Source: Ascidiella aspersa (lineage: Eukaryota). Taken from it: 64,000 nucleotides of DNA. The stretch is from contig OZ004610.1 in assembly GCA_963924565.1 (NCBI GenBank), forward strand, positions 3,286,001 through 3,350,000, written 5' to 3'. A program made the position numbers and the translations under genes. Every line of letters starts with the position of its first letter. Position 1 is the first letter of the stretch. Of this stretch, positions 35,494-52,779 are shown piece by piece. The notes below the pieces were generated by a model that saw nothing but the letters and a program-made list of their open reading frames with translations, had not been told where the DNA came from and did no database searches.

Positions 35494-36904
35494 TTTGATA
35501 GTTGATGTGGTTGATCATAGTAGAATATACAAACAACAGCTTTGCAGACCGAGACAGGGTTTTACAGCAATTTTACGAGCTTTATCACCGCTGAACTGTT
35601 AAGGCGTGAGGGAGCCGTGTGGGTTATATATCGCGGGCGGTTGCGAAACTGGCGGGATCTTTGCGTTTTTCGCGTGGCGTAATACAGCAAACAGAGGCTT
35701 CACGCCGCGCGCGCTCTCGAGTGCTATTTTGTTGATGGAGTTTTGACAATTCAGAGCTAGACGAGCGCATCCTTCAATCTGATTGGTCGACTTCGCGCGG
35801 CATCCCGACGTGAAATTGTTGCAGCATCGCGCGACCTACTCACTCCATGGCAATACCAATAAAGCCTTTCAAAGAACCCGCGTGGAAGGACTACGCCTGA
35901 CTGATCGCGCCTTTTCATACCGAACAATGCCACGGGTGCGACACAAAAACCGAAAGGCGAATGTAATTTGGCGAAGCTGGTCAAACCTTATTGTAGTCGG
36001 CCGCCCACTCGGATCTTCCGTGCAAAGATAATGTTGACACAAAGTCTGATATTTTCAGGGCTTGTAAATAATGTGTTCATCTCTCTGGGTTACCGGGTTC
36101 TATTTAATGGGCGTGGGGAGATTGATGTGTTTACCGGCAACAGTTTAAATATTTGTAAAGTAATTCGTTTGTAAAGAACGACAAACCACCCCCCATACTT
36201 TGGAATCACTGCAACTAAGGGGCGATAAACTACGACTTTTTGCGTCGGATATTTACCGCAATGCTTTCGCAGTTTATTTTCTCAAATGATGATTTCCCGT
36301 AGTTACATGTTTGAGTTCATAGAATTCAGTGGTTCCCAACCTTACTGTTCTCGCGACCTTTTTCAAGTTTTCGATATGTTGCGTGACCTTCAAATATATT
36401 GCGTATGATACGTAAACCAGGGTCAATTAAAAACACATTTCAAAATTGGAAAAAAATTTAGACGGATTGTATTAAAATTTGGTTAAAATGTCTGGATTTC
36501 AGTTTGCACAAGATAAAGTTTGAGGGTTCTACTATTTTTATTATACATTGTTTGACTGAAGCTACGCTTGTTTCATTAATTAAAAACTGTAATGGTGACG
36601 GTCGGTTGCTTTTGCTCCTAATTGGTTATATTTTATTGGTTCCCAATATCTTGCGGGTGACGACAACCACTAAATAGATGAGAGTTTAAATAACAAAGAT
36701 TCCTTTTCTTAACTCTTTATACTTTACTTAAGGAGTCAGTTTTAATCGACCCGAAGCATCAAGTTAATGATTCACTCAAGCGATAAAAGCACTTTGGACT
36801 TGCAACAACACGAAGCTCAAAACCAAACATATGGAGCAAAATTAAACAAGGACGTTTTGTTTGTTAAACTTTTATTTCTTCAAGGCGAATTGAAAAACGC
36901 GAGT

Positions 36905-40773
<3,869 letters not shown>

Positions 40774-42473
40774 TATTCTGAATTAGTAGATCGAAGATTT
40801 TCAAGCAAATTTGCGCAGAGGAACGAGACACAGCTTTACGATGTGACTTCACCACTGAATGTGCGGAAAACTCGTGAGTGTTTGTCTGATGTGTCTGGGC
40901 GACTATGACGTAATAGTAAACAGTGTTGTTTCGGCCCTGATTGAACAAGATTTAGGTAACTTAAGGCTTTTGATTGGTTGTTATTTGTTCTAAATTAGAT
41001 AATGTTATTGGTTGAAAATTATTTGAACGTCACGTAAGTTTTATTTGTTTTTCGGGTAATGCGCGTTTGGAAAGACCTTATTTATCATTCTTGGGGTTTT
41101 AGGATTACATATATAACAAATAATTTGATTTGCCATTTGTCAAATGTTGCAAATAATACCATTAGTTGATAATCACGTTTCGTTTGAAGCTATTAAGTTA
41201 TGAAATCTGTTAAGTTATGTGGAAATAACTAACTCTATATAACTGTTGAGTATACCTTGTGTAGTTAAGTGACCAATAATAACCCACAATTAGCATGTTC
41301 CAAAATTGCGCCTGGGGGTTAACTTATCAAACATAGCCCTTGTACATTTCTTGTCCTCTTAGTTGTATCTATTTCTATTCACAGACAAGGTTTAAGACTT
41401 CAAAGTTGTGCCTAGACTTGATTACTGAATGTAGATTTCAAAATTGGATATATTAAAATATTTCAGACTGTGCCCTGAGTTGCGAGCTTAAGAGATTAAA
41501 ATACAGGACGAAAAACAGTTAAACCTGATAATAAAGTTCCCAGGTTTTGTTAACAGCTGACGGCTTTTATAACACGCAATCAATTTGATTGTTATTAAAA
41601 TTTCGTCAAATTTACTTAAAGGGGCAGGGCACCATTCTATTTCCTACAGGACAGGTTATAACAAAAGCTATAAGTCAAAATAGGTTGTAGCACAAAAGGC
41701 TTTTGTAGGGCTGTCTGTGTTGTATCCCTAAGTAAAAGTAAGCCAATATTACAAACAAGATGGAAATCAAAGGGTATTTACTTTACGGCAATAAAATAAT
41801 AGTGTCAAAAAGCAACTGGAGACCATTATTAGCGGTTTATTGGATCAACATTGCAAATATAAAATAACGGTAAAACATCTTGTCAGGTAGATATCAATGG
41901 AAAGGTTTAAAAAAATGAAAAATGTGCATGTAGCCATAGTCTAAAATTGATCGTTCCGATTATAATGGATGGTGTTTCATATAACATAGCGTGTGTTGCT
42001 CGACCTAAGCCACGATTTATACCACAGCACGAAATTTTTCCTGACATGGAATCGATATTAGTCTGTTTCCAGCAACTAGGCACTCAGTCGGTCACTAGAA
42101 GGTTGTTAAGTACGTCGTACTTTAAGCCCCTTAAAAAGCTGGCAGGGCGGTATCAAAGAGCGACACATGATACCGAACTGAATTGTATCAAATCTAATCA
42201 ACTGGGATTTTAATTTGTGTCAAGCGAACGACGCCGTCATACGATAAGTTGTGTAATGTAATTACGCAGCGTTGCTCGAATGCTTGAATTCATTATTATA
42301 AGAGCGTTTCAATTTAAAGGTTTTCTACAAAAAGGACCACTCTTTTAAATTCGAATTTAAATCGCTGTGATAGCTTTGTTTACACGATTTCACCCAAGCA
42401 ATTATCCGCATTTCCAGGGCTTAAGTAACGCGAATTAAAGAGCATATTAAAAAGCAGGTCTTGTACGTATTAG

Positions 42474-44275
42474 GTGTCTTGCTGCGACATGCCGTACCGC
42501 CGGGAAAGAAAGCACAAAGCCAATTTGTTTGGCCTCTTATCGCTCGGCAAACATGGGTGCGGTGTAATCGCCCAGCAACCAGCAGACCAAAACTGCTTTC
42601 AGCTATCATCCAAACGAGCCTGGCTTCGTATGTTGTCTGCTGTGGCTTGTACTTGTGTATTTGTTGCCCTGGCTACATTCGAATCACAGCGATTAGGCCA
42701 TCCAGCTGCCTGGCGTACACTGCTGGCAAGTGCAATCGATAAGCCTTTGTTTAGGCAAGGCGCTTTCGGTCTCGCAACATACAGTCGCTTGGTCAAGGGT
42801 GCTGAATCTGACGGTACAGCTCTCACCGAATTAAAACTGAGTAAAAGGTAAGACCCCATTATTCACACAAAAAACACATACCGCGCTGGTTTAACCTAAT
42901 GCAAATCTTTAACTTTGTATGTTTTCGTCAATCGTATTCGTTTCAAATAATAGGTTTTCCCAATTATATTGTCGGTAATGTGAAATAGAAGTTTTAGTTC
43001 TTGACAAAACTTATTTCTGAGTTATAAGGTTACGCGTTGGTATATTAAATTATGGAATACGTTGCAGGTTTTTGAATACATATCTAGTTTAACTTAATAG
43101 TGTATTGGCACTTGACGAAAAAATCGATAGTTATATCACCTAAAAAGAAGGTCATATGAAATTGTATTTAGTGTCAGGGATTTTATTCTACAACAAAAAA
43201 ATAAGTTCAATTAATATTTATTTAACCTAAAAAAGCTTTATTGCGCACATATACATCCAAACCGGCGCTGCTGAACGATTTAAGATTACCTTTATTGCAC
43301 AACCTAGTGGTGGAAATATAGGTCTACCGCTGGATAAACATCTTTTAAAAATATTTTTAGTATAAGCAATTGTCGAATGGAAGTGTGCAATTGTATTTCC
43401 ATCTGTGAAAGAAAGTAATTAGATCATAAAAAGTTTCTGTATGGCAATTCTCAAAAAGTGAGCCGAATTTAAAGTTGTTTTACCGAACAAAAAACTTTAG
43501 TTTGACATTTTACCAAAGCAGAACACCATACAACCAAGCTAATAGCGTTTGGGATCGGCATCTGTTGAACTTATTTTAAAACAATATGTTTATTCATCGT
43601 GTTTCTACTTATAGGTTCAAATCACTCCAGAAACGAAGTTTAATGCAAGTCAAAGATCCGCATAACATCTGCAGTATTTCAGTTACGCCAGCACAATTTC
43701 AATACGTCATAGTTGATGACGTAAACAAGGTAAAAGTAAAATAAGTAAGGCACTTCTCTCAATATTTTAGTTCGTTTAATTTTTCCTAATGCAATTTTTT
43801 TAAATTAACGGCAGTTTTTGAAATAAAAATCGGTTCGCGTGGACCTGGGTCTTAAATTACTTAACAATTAGAATTTAAAAAACTACAAAACAATTATAAT
43901 TTTAAAACTTGCTGTTTTTCGGTCAAACTTACGCGTTAATATGAAAGTAAAATTGAGTCTAAATACATTCAAGCAGAAGGCACCAAAAGCATTATTGTCA
44001 ATGTACTTGTTTCTCTGTAAGTCCACGGATCACAGGTTAAGAACCCCTGACTTAAAGGTAGAGAACTGAAGGTATGCTCTTGCATTTGCAAATTATTTTA
44101 TTTCGTTGTAGGTTTTGTTTTGCTAAGTGTCGAAGGCAGGGAACAGCCATTGGAAAGCAGTTATGGCAGTTTTGGGAGGTTCACTGAAAAATTTAGACCA
44201 CTCACGTCGCTATGGCAACGTGTCAGATGTTCCAGTTAGAACGGGATCACCAAAACATGAGCCGGAATTTTTCAA
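42474..44275 (+). pseudogene. Carbohydrate sulfotransferase fragment, duplicate copy
   Basis: Matches 26491-28292 at offset 15983, including the in-frame TAA. Confidence 0.75.
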
Positions 44276-44675
44276 GTAGGTCCCATAAAATGGCGTAATT
44301 TGTTAACAGTTTGTTATTGCGTTTAGTAGATCCAATCTGTTCCCTATGTATTAAACATTAAAGCAAGAAAAGCAATTAATATTTATAGGATTTCGCGATT
44401 TTATTTAAAAATCGTTTTCTCAGAAGTGATAATGAAAGTTTTACGATCAGATTAAAGTGAAACTTTAATAACAGCTTTACATTTTTAGTTTGGCTGATAA
44501 AACTGTACAGCAAACTGTAATACGAACATATACACCGCACGCGCAATTGGGCGCACACACATTTTAGCCCTGGCTGGTGAAATTCCCACAGGGCGCCACA
44601 AAACGAGGTGCTGGTAGAAATCGAACTGCTGCTTGCCTTCTACTTAAAAAAGGTCAACTTAAGCTTCGTGCCTTA

Positions 44676-44967
44676 AGGCCCGTTTACACTACAGCTGCAC
44701 TGAGCTGCGCTGGGCGTGAAGTTGTTTTCACTACAGCTGCGCTGAGCCGAGCTGGGCGTAAAAATCGCTCCAAACGTAACGTATTTCTATAGCTGCACTG
44801 GGCTTGAGTTTAGCAAAGCATGAAATCGCTCCAAAGCATAACTTTAAGCTAGCTGCAGCTGCTGCATGGGGTTTGAGTTTAGCAAAGCGTGACACGCTCG
44901 CCACAATAGAATTTAAATGCAAATTACACTTTGCTCAGCTCGGTGCAGCTGTAGTGTAAACGGGCCT
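44676..44967. mobile_element. PIF/Harbinger-type MITE, duplicate copy
   Basis: Same TIR and TTA TSD as 28693-28984. Confidence 0.85.
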
Positions 44968-47900
44968 TTATTGCCAAACATGGCGCTGCCACCCGATTCG
45001 ATTTGTTTTCAGCGCTTGTAGCGCTCGTATTAGAATAATTCGGGACTTTGAAGCGTCTATGTTAGAACATGTGTTAAAATTTGGACGCTTCAAGTGGACT
45101 GTATTAGAACAGGATACAGGCGAACGGCGAATGCGCAGACTAACCATGCATAACGAAACGTTGCCAAGCGATGCAGACTACAGTTTTTTATCTTGTACAG
45201 TTTCGGATATTATAAATGGGCAAATGTTTATAACTGTACTAAGTTAATGCGATGTTTATAATTTTACCGAGTAAATAGCAGGTGAAAGACTTTTATTGTT
45301 GCTGAAGCCTACCTCAGCGAACATTGTTTGGGTTAGGGTGCGGGTTAGCGTTTCGGTTTGGGTAGGTTAAAAGCAATATTATTAAATAATAATACTTAAA
45401 CTACCCTCACCCCAGTCTGGAAAGTATGACAGATCACGCGGGTGCACGGCCGAAAAAATTCGGGTGACCGGGTAATCGGGTTCAACAAAGTTAAAAAAGT
45501 GCATCTTTCGTCTGCTTTCAAATTTCCGGACTTTCACGTTATGATTTTCTCATGCACTCTGTATTGCATACATTGCACTGTAAACGTATAAATAGGGGTG
45601 CACAGACGTTTTACATGTTTACGGTGCAATTCAGATTTTTTTCGGGCTGCACTTTTGAAAGGTTGAAAAAAACTCGCAGGTGCACTTCCCATGCTTTCCA
45701 CAGTGGCCCTCACCCAAACAGCAACCAACACCCTGACGCAAATATTGCACCTTGCTGAAATAATTGTTTCAACACTGTGGTAGGACTATACCAGGGCCAA
45801 GACTTTTATTGTTGCTAAAGCTAATAATTCTGTTTCTGGCTATTAACTTCCATTCCAAAGTTTTATTAGTTAAAAGACAATATTATTATTTATTTATTCA
45901 TTTGCAATGCTAGAAAATAATAGTTGCAGCTAATTTACTTCATTATAATAAACTTAGTTAGCAAAATATATGCCAAGAAATATTGAATTAGATAAGATGA
46001 CATTTGTTTTGCAACTGTATTTTCTAAAATTTGGTCACCATTATAATGTAAATTAAGTCCTCAAGAAATAGTTAGTAGGTAATCGTAATATACATATTTG
46101 AAATATTACAAATTAAAAGAAAAGCTCATATTTTGGTGTTAAATTTAACTTTGACACTTGGCTATTGTTATGGTGCATATTGCACCTAGTTTGCATTCTG
46201 TGGCAGATGCATACCAAATATTTTTAAAACAATTTGTGTGCACACCTCAATAACTAAATTGCACACTTTAGAAAAGGTTGAGTTGTGGTAGGATTTAGAA
46301 CTTCAGTTATGCCAAAATATGTCTGCACATCTGGAAATTTGGTGATGTACATCAGATATCTGTGCATCGCACATTCTTTGAACCACATCTTAGTGTGAAT
46401 TTCAATTTTGTGGCATATAAATCTTAAGGTCTGAAAATATGTTACTTCCTTCTGTTCATGGTGGTCTGAAGGCATACATCCAAACTAATAAAAACTCATG
46501 AATATTTTTAGTTGTAAAAGTGTTGTAGTGGTCTCAAGTTGATAAAACATAGCTGCTGCATAAGGTTGCAAAGTTGTAGGGAATAGTGCCCGATAAATTT
46601 AAATTGCTTATATGTTTCATGTTTCACTACCTTAGTTGAACTTAATTTTTAACATTTTTGCATTGTTATCTTTCTCCATTAAGGTCATGTACAAGTCATG
46701 ATTTTGAATAAAATTTTGAACTTAAGTTGTTTAATATCAATAGCTGCTTTAAGTTTATCATTACATAATTCGATTACATATTATCATGCCTGGCCAAAGT
46801 AATTTATATTTTTGTTTTTCATTATTAAAAAGGTTTTTATTTCCTGAAATAGCATTTTATATACAGATAATTCCTAGATCCAATATTTCAGTCAACCCCA
46901 AAAATGAAGGACTTTGTAAGGTGAAAGTGCAAGTAAAACCATGTCCCTGGAAGTGTTAAGTAACCTTTAAATCATTGGTAAAGCTCTCTGCATCAGGTCT
47001 ACACCAATTTTCCAAAAAACAGCTTCAGTTTTCATCCCCACTAACAAACCTTTGTTTAAGAAAGTCAGAGAAAAGGTAATTTCCATTTTGTGTTGTACAT
47101 TCAAAAACATTAATGTATACCAGCACTTCCCAACCCGTGGCCGATGGTTTCCAGGTACCGAACTCGAAAATGTTTTTTTCAATAATCTTTTACAACGGCT
47201 TAGCTAATTGAGTCCGCAGTTATTGAAATATATAACAACTACAAGGCTATTTAATAAAAACCTGCAAGTAGTTTAGGAGAAATATTGGTATACCTAACAT
47301 TTTTAGTATTGTCTAGTGTCGACAAACGAGTTCAATCATCTAACGAGGAGAAACAACTAGCAATGAACTCGTGGCGCGTATTTGCAAAAAATCATACAGT
47401 GATGAAGAAGAGGACAAACATTGAAATGTGTAATTATTCTAGCACGGTGGTTACTGTATATTTACCCCGCATCATTTCACAGAATCGTTCGTGATCGCCG
47501 CTTGAAACTGCACACGGTAAAATAAACAGATTTGAAAAATCATATCCAAAATCGCGCCATTGATTGAGTCATAGTTCAACAGGCTGTCTAAAATACCCGG
47601 AATGCGATATTTTATTGAAAGATTTTATGGACTACGTATGCTACTTTTATTACGCACCACATTGTGCAATTTAAAAAAAAATATAAATAGTTTCCTGCTT
47701 TATTACACTCTGATTATGGTTTTGTGCCTGGTTTTTAGATATTTTCAATTAGTGCTTTAACTGTGAGTTTAATAAAATAAAAACCAACGGTTATGTGTTC
47801 CAGTGTTGGTTGACTACAAAAACTAAGCCTACTTACAAACAACAGTATTTTTGTTACCGGTAGCTGATTTTCACACATTTTGCGTTTCGTCCTTAGTACT

Positions 47901-48721
47901 AAAAAAGAGGCCGAACGCTGTATTAAAATAAATAATTTTATTAATTACTACATTCAAATTATGTCCGTGTTGGGACGTTCCTTGTTTTATGATTGACGAT
48001 TAAAAATCAAGCAATATATCCACCGCACAACGCAGTAAATTAAATACGTGATTTGAGCACACATATTTGTAGTGGTTTAGCGTGCTATCTATTGATTCGA
48101 ACTATATTTGCCCCTATGACTTCGTTGTATCCGATAGGACTCCAATGGTCCAGCCACAAGATCGAAATGAGAGCAACATCGATGTCGGAATATCACACAT
48201 TTCGGAATAAGACAAAAATGGGACTAGGACCTAATACTCGTAATAACGTATAAACGGAATATGTCCTAAATACGTCGGAATAAGACTTAACTTGCAAGAA
48301 CCAAGCCTATACAAAATTTCACCTAACCCCGCCCCTAAGTACATCACAAACCCATCTAATAATTTTAACTCTAAAATAATTTTCTAACCCTAAACATGGC
48401 CGAAAAATCGATGCCAAAACAGCGAAGCCCTAACGGCGCCGTTCCATCTAGTGTGCCCAAGCGTCGACACTAAAACGGCCGATGGCCCCTGTTCGTCCCA
48501 TACCCTCTCCCTTCAGTTTCAGACGTTATTTTGGCCATTAAACGCCCTGTTTCGATGAATTTAGGACTTTTTTCGGCGGGTAGGTGTCTTGTTCAGGAGA
48601 TTTAGATGTTATTCTGTCGTGGGGATTAGGCAGGGCCGGATTGAGGTTTTCATGGACCTGGGGCTGTATGGTAGTCAGAGGCCTATTGGTCTATTTTCAT
48701 TTTGTTTATTGTTTCACAATT

Positions 48722-49110
48722 CATAGGCGTAGCCAGGGGGCACAGGGGCCATGTCCACCCAAAATTTATAAATATTTTATTCCTAATAATTTGTTTTGTA
48801 GCATTTATAAGCAGTACCACAACAGTCGATCACAGACATGTCACACCTTCAATTGTTATGCACTGTTACGTCATAAACGATGTAGTTTATTACGTTTGGT
48901 ATATTAATGTGGTTTTACTACTTTTAGTCAGTTTTTGCTCTTTGAATGGTTTGTGAGGATTGCGAACACTAAGTCAGCTGCTGCTCGAAACGGTTTGCTA
49001 GCATTGTTATTTGTGTTCGTTATGGCAGTTAATACACTGGTGAAAGCTAAACAAAAAGTTCAAACTTTTTGGCACCATGAAAAAAATTTTCGGCTGGCTA
49101 CGCCACTATG
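48722..49110. mobile_element. hAT-like MITE
   Basis: Ends CATAGGCGTAGCC ... GGCTACGCCACTATG; near 8-bp TSD (T/C)CACAATT. Confidence 0.65.
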
Positions 49111-50238
49111 CCACAATTACCATAAAATAACATTGCTTTCTTCACTTATCAAACAGATCCAATTAACGTGTTTTTCCAGCTGTTTATAACGTCATCGCTG
49201 TATATTCTTTCTCCAAAATCTCGTTTTTTATACAAAAGTAGAGCTAAGGAGTGCAACCTACTTAGACTACCGCATTTGATTCTTTACTCTTTTAAGCTTT
49301 GTATGTGTATTCACAACAGAATCTGGCCCCCAAAAGAACACATAATGCCGACGATAAAAGTTCTAAAATTTATTAATAAAAGCTTGAGAAGCGCACCGCT
49401 CCGAACAAAAATCAGTCAGAAAGGTCTAAAACTTTAATACAAATATGTATTTCGCCATATAAATGGCATCATCAGTTTGTCTGTACAAATAAATAGTAAA
49501 AAATTTAAAATAATAAAATGTAAATGTAAAATAAATTAATAAAATACCTCCAAGATGAACAAAGACAAAGACAGTCTGCGTATAAACGCCAACCACCAAA
49601 GTAAAAACAAAAGCAAAAGGAGCATGCGATACGTGTAGCGGCCACAGAAAGCCACTGATAAAAACACGGCCCAGAGGGAAGCGGTATGAGAATCAGTGAC
49701 GTAGCAAAACACGGTAGATAAGAAAAGGTGGAAAGGCAAAAGCAAACCTAAAAGCACGGTTAGACAAGAAAACGGCATATAGCTCACATTCCGAAAATGG
49801 AACGGCACAACGCACAACGAAAACACAAAAATATATATATATAAAAATAAAAAAATTATATACAAAAAAGGCTACCGAATTTTGCTATTTAACCCCTTAA
49901 AACATCTTGTACAATTGAAAACAGTTATTAATTAACGACATGTAGCATAAATGAAAAACAAGTATAAAAATAAACGCATAAACCAAACATACATGCACGT
50001 GCGATGCTAATGACAATTTATGGCGTTTTATAACAGATTATTTTTTTTTAACAAATTAGTCGATGGGTTTGGAATGTATAACTGGAGGTTGTAGGTAAAC
50101 GTTAACTAAATCAAAGCACATTATTCTTGGTTTAAATAAAATCTTTAATCAAGCAACATTAGTCTGTAAGAAATTGTGTTGTTCAAAACTTGAAAGCAGT
50201 TGTCTCTGTGAAGTTGACATTGAAATCCATCAAGTTGC

Positions 50239-50242
<4 letters not shown>

Positions 50243-50284
<42 letters not shown>
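50243..50284. repeat. (TA)n microsatellite
   Basis: About 21 TA units. Confidence 0.97.
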
Positions 50285-50288
<4 letters not shown>

Positions 50289-50489
50289 AGTTGTTATTAT
50301 GTGACAGTAAATATTAAAGTATATTAAGGGCAAACATATCGATATCTGACGAATACTCTGAAATAGTGTAACCTTTACTAAGTTAAACCAAACTGTAGGA
50401 ATGTATACCCATTGAATGTATATGTAAGATAACCATTGAATGTATATGTAAATATATAAACAGAATAGATAGTTACAAAACAACCTGCT

Positions 50490-50730
50490 ATTAACCGGGC
50501 AAAACCTTTATAACATACAAAACTGTAATATAAAAATCTCTAGTCTGCATCGCTTGGCAACGTTTTGTTATGAATGATTAGTCTTCGCTTTCTCTGTTCA
50601 ACTGAATCCAGTTCAATTCAGTTCGCTTGAAACGTAAAATTTCTAACGCATGTTCGAACACAGACGCTTCAAAGCCCCGAATTATCCCAATACGAGCGCT
50701 GCAAGCGTTGAAAACAAATCGAATCGGATG
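50490..50730 (-). repeat. Diverged inverted copy of the interspersed repeat at ~29010-29260
   Basis: AGACGCTTCAAAGCCCCGAATTATCCCAATACGAGCGCTGCAAGCGTTGAAAACAAATCGAATCG is approximately the reverse complement of 29011-29075. Confidence 0.65.
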
Positions 50731-51166
50731 CTATTGATGCCAAAACCTTGACTGAAACTTTAGGCATTTTGGAATGACTTGCTTACAAAACTGGTATTAT
50801 GCATAGGGCAGGCAACATTAAAGCCTCTATAGTCTTTATATTTTATACTACTCAGTATATAAGTCGCCAACGCTCTATCGTTTTAATTATTAACCCTGAT
50901 CAGGTCAGCTGGTATCTGCTGCCGAAACGTCGGTTTATACTTCGTATATATAATTATATACGAAGAAATAATTATAACTGACCCAGGGGGTCCTAGCGAG
51001 GGATTGCCAGAAATTCCTCCCTAGAGGCAGACTTTTTAAAAAGTGAGTTTTAATTTTGCCGTATAATTCGCCAGCATTATAACTATACCCTAGACCTGCC
51101 TGCCCTTTCCTCTCACTTCCTCTTCCCCCTTAAGCATCTTTGGTTGGCAAGCGGTGACTAAATAGG

Positions 51167-51366
51167 GGCGCTGGTCTAGAATCCTACCACAGTTATAAAA
51201 TCAACGCACAAAATTTAAGTTACAGTGCGAGTTAGCGTTTGGGTGTGTGTGGGTCAAGTATTATTATATTCTTTGTTTAATGATAATACTTGACCCACTC
51301 TATCCCAAACGCTAACCCACAAACCCCAAATAACGTTTCGTTGTGGTAGGATTGGAGACCAGCGCC
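51167..51366. mobile_element. 200-bp MITE (GGCGC-ended, Merlin-like)
   Basis: TIR GGCGCTGGTCTAGAATCCTACCAC; 9-bp TSD CTAAATAGG. Confidence 0.8.
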
Positions 51367-52779
51367 CTAAATAGGCCTACACGACACCCTGCAGATTTCA
51401 GGCAGCACAGAAGCTGTAGGAATTTCTGGAGACAAAGCCTGCAGGTCGGGAATGGTCGGAACGCTCACAGTATTATTATTAAATATAATAACACTTGACC
51501 TACCTTCACCCAAACGCTAACCCCAACCCTAACCCAAATATTGTGCGTTGGTTTAATAATTGTTTTAATACGGTAACACTTAAATTAGTGAGCGTTCCGA
51601 CCATTCATCATTTCGTAAATTAGTATTACCCGCCAAAAACTGACAGTAATCAGTAGAAAAACTTGTAATTAACAAGCATTAAGCCATCGACGTTCACCAA
51701 CCATGAGCAGGCTTTTCACATTTGGTTTAAAAAAAATTTTTGCAGTCAGCTAGATTTTTAACAATGGTAGAGCGGGAAATAACATAAAAGTATATAAATC
51801 AATTTCAAGGTTATAAAAACCCACTAGATTCTCCAAGAAAACCACTAGTTTATTTCAAAAAACACTAGATCTAGTGGAAAACCACTAGGACTGACAACCC
51901 TGATAACAATTAAGCGGCAGCAAGCCCAGCATAGTTAGGGACATCATTCCCCTAATGTAATACAACTAAATTGTTTGTATTTAATAAAATATTTATGTAA
52001 TTTTCCCTTTCTAAATGCTTTTATTATTAAAATTATTTTTTTTTTGAATTTATTTCTTAAATATTTAGCCATTCATCATTGCACAATCTACGAACAAATG
52101 GATACCTTAGTGCAATAAAAAAAACAAATATTACTTTTCTGTACAGCTGTTTGCCAGTATATCACACTCACGAAGATTCGTGAGTGTTATGAGCGAGTGG
52201 AATAAGCTTTTCGCATAAAGCGGAACGCTAAGCCGCCAGTGGATCAGTGGACATCCACGGGATTGCTTGAAGGCCAAGGAAGTGAAATTAACAGACGGCT
52301 TAATGCGACCGAAACGAGTCGGATCGGGTGCTCCATGGCAACACCAATAAAGCCTTTCAAAGAACCTGCGTGGAAGGACTACGCCTGACTGATCGCGCCT
52401 TTTCATACCGAACAATGCCACGGGTGCGACACAAAAACCGAAAGGCGAATGTAATTTGGCGAAGCAGGTCAAACCTTATTGTAGTGGTAGATACTTAAAC
52501 ATGCATTGTGAGGTCCCAAATCCAAGCATTATAGGAAAGTTTCCTATTGGCTGAAATTTTATGACGTCACAGACGCTCAGCTGAGCGGCCGAACTAGGAC
52601 TTAAGAGTTGAACAAACCATCGACCTCAATAATACATTAGCAGAGAAGCTATTTTTTTTTTATTTTAACAGTTTGAATAGTTTAGTTATAGATTTTCGCA
52701 CGGTTCTTCAATTTTTTATAAAAAAACAGATTGCTGTCATTAGTTACCAATGACGCTTTTTTGACTCGCTTAGCATTAA

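Noticed and set aside
49536-50483. Hydrophobic minus-strand ORFs of 109 and 112 aa
   Set aside because: Products of low-complexity, strand-biased and (TA)n sequence.
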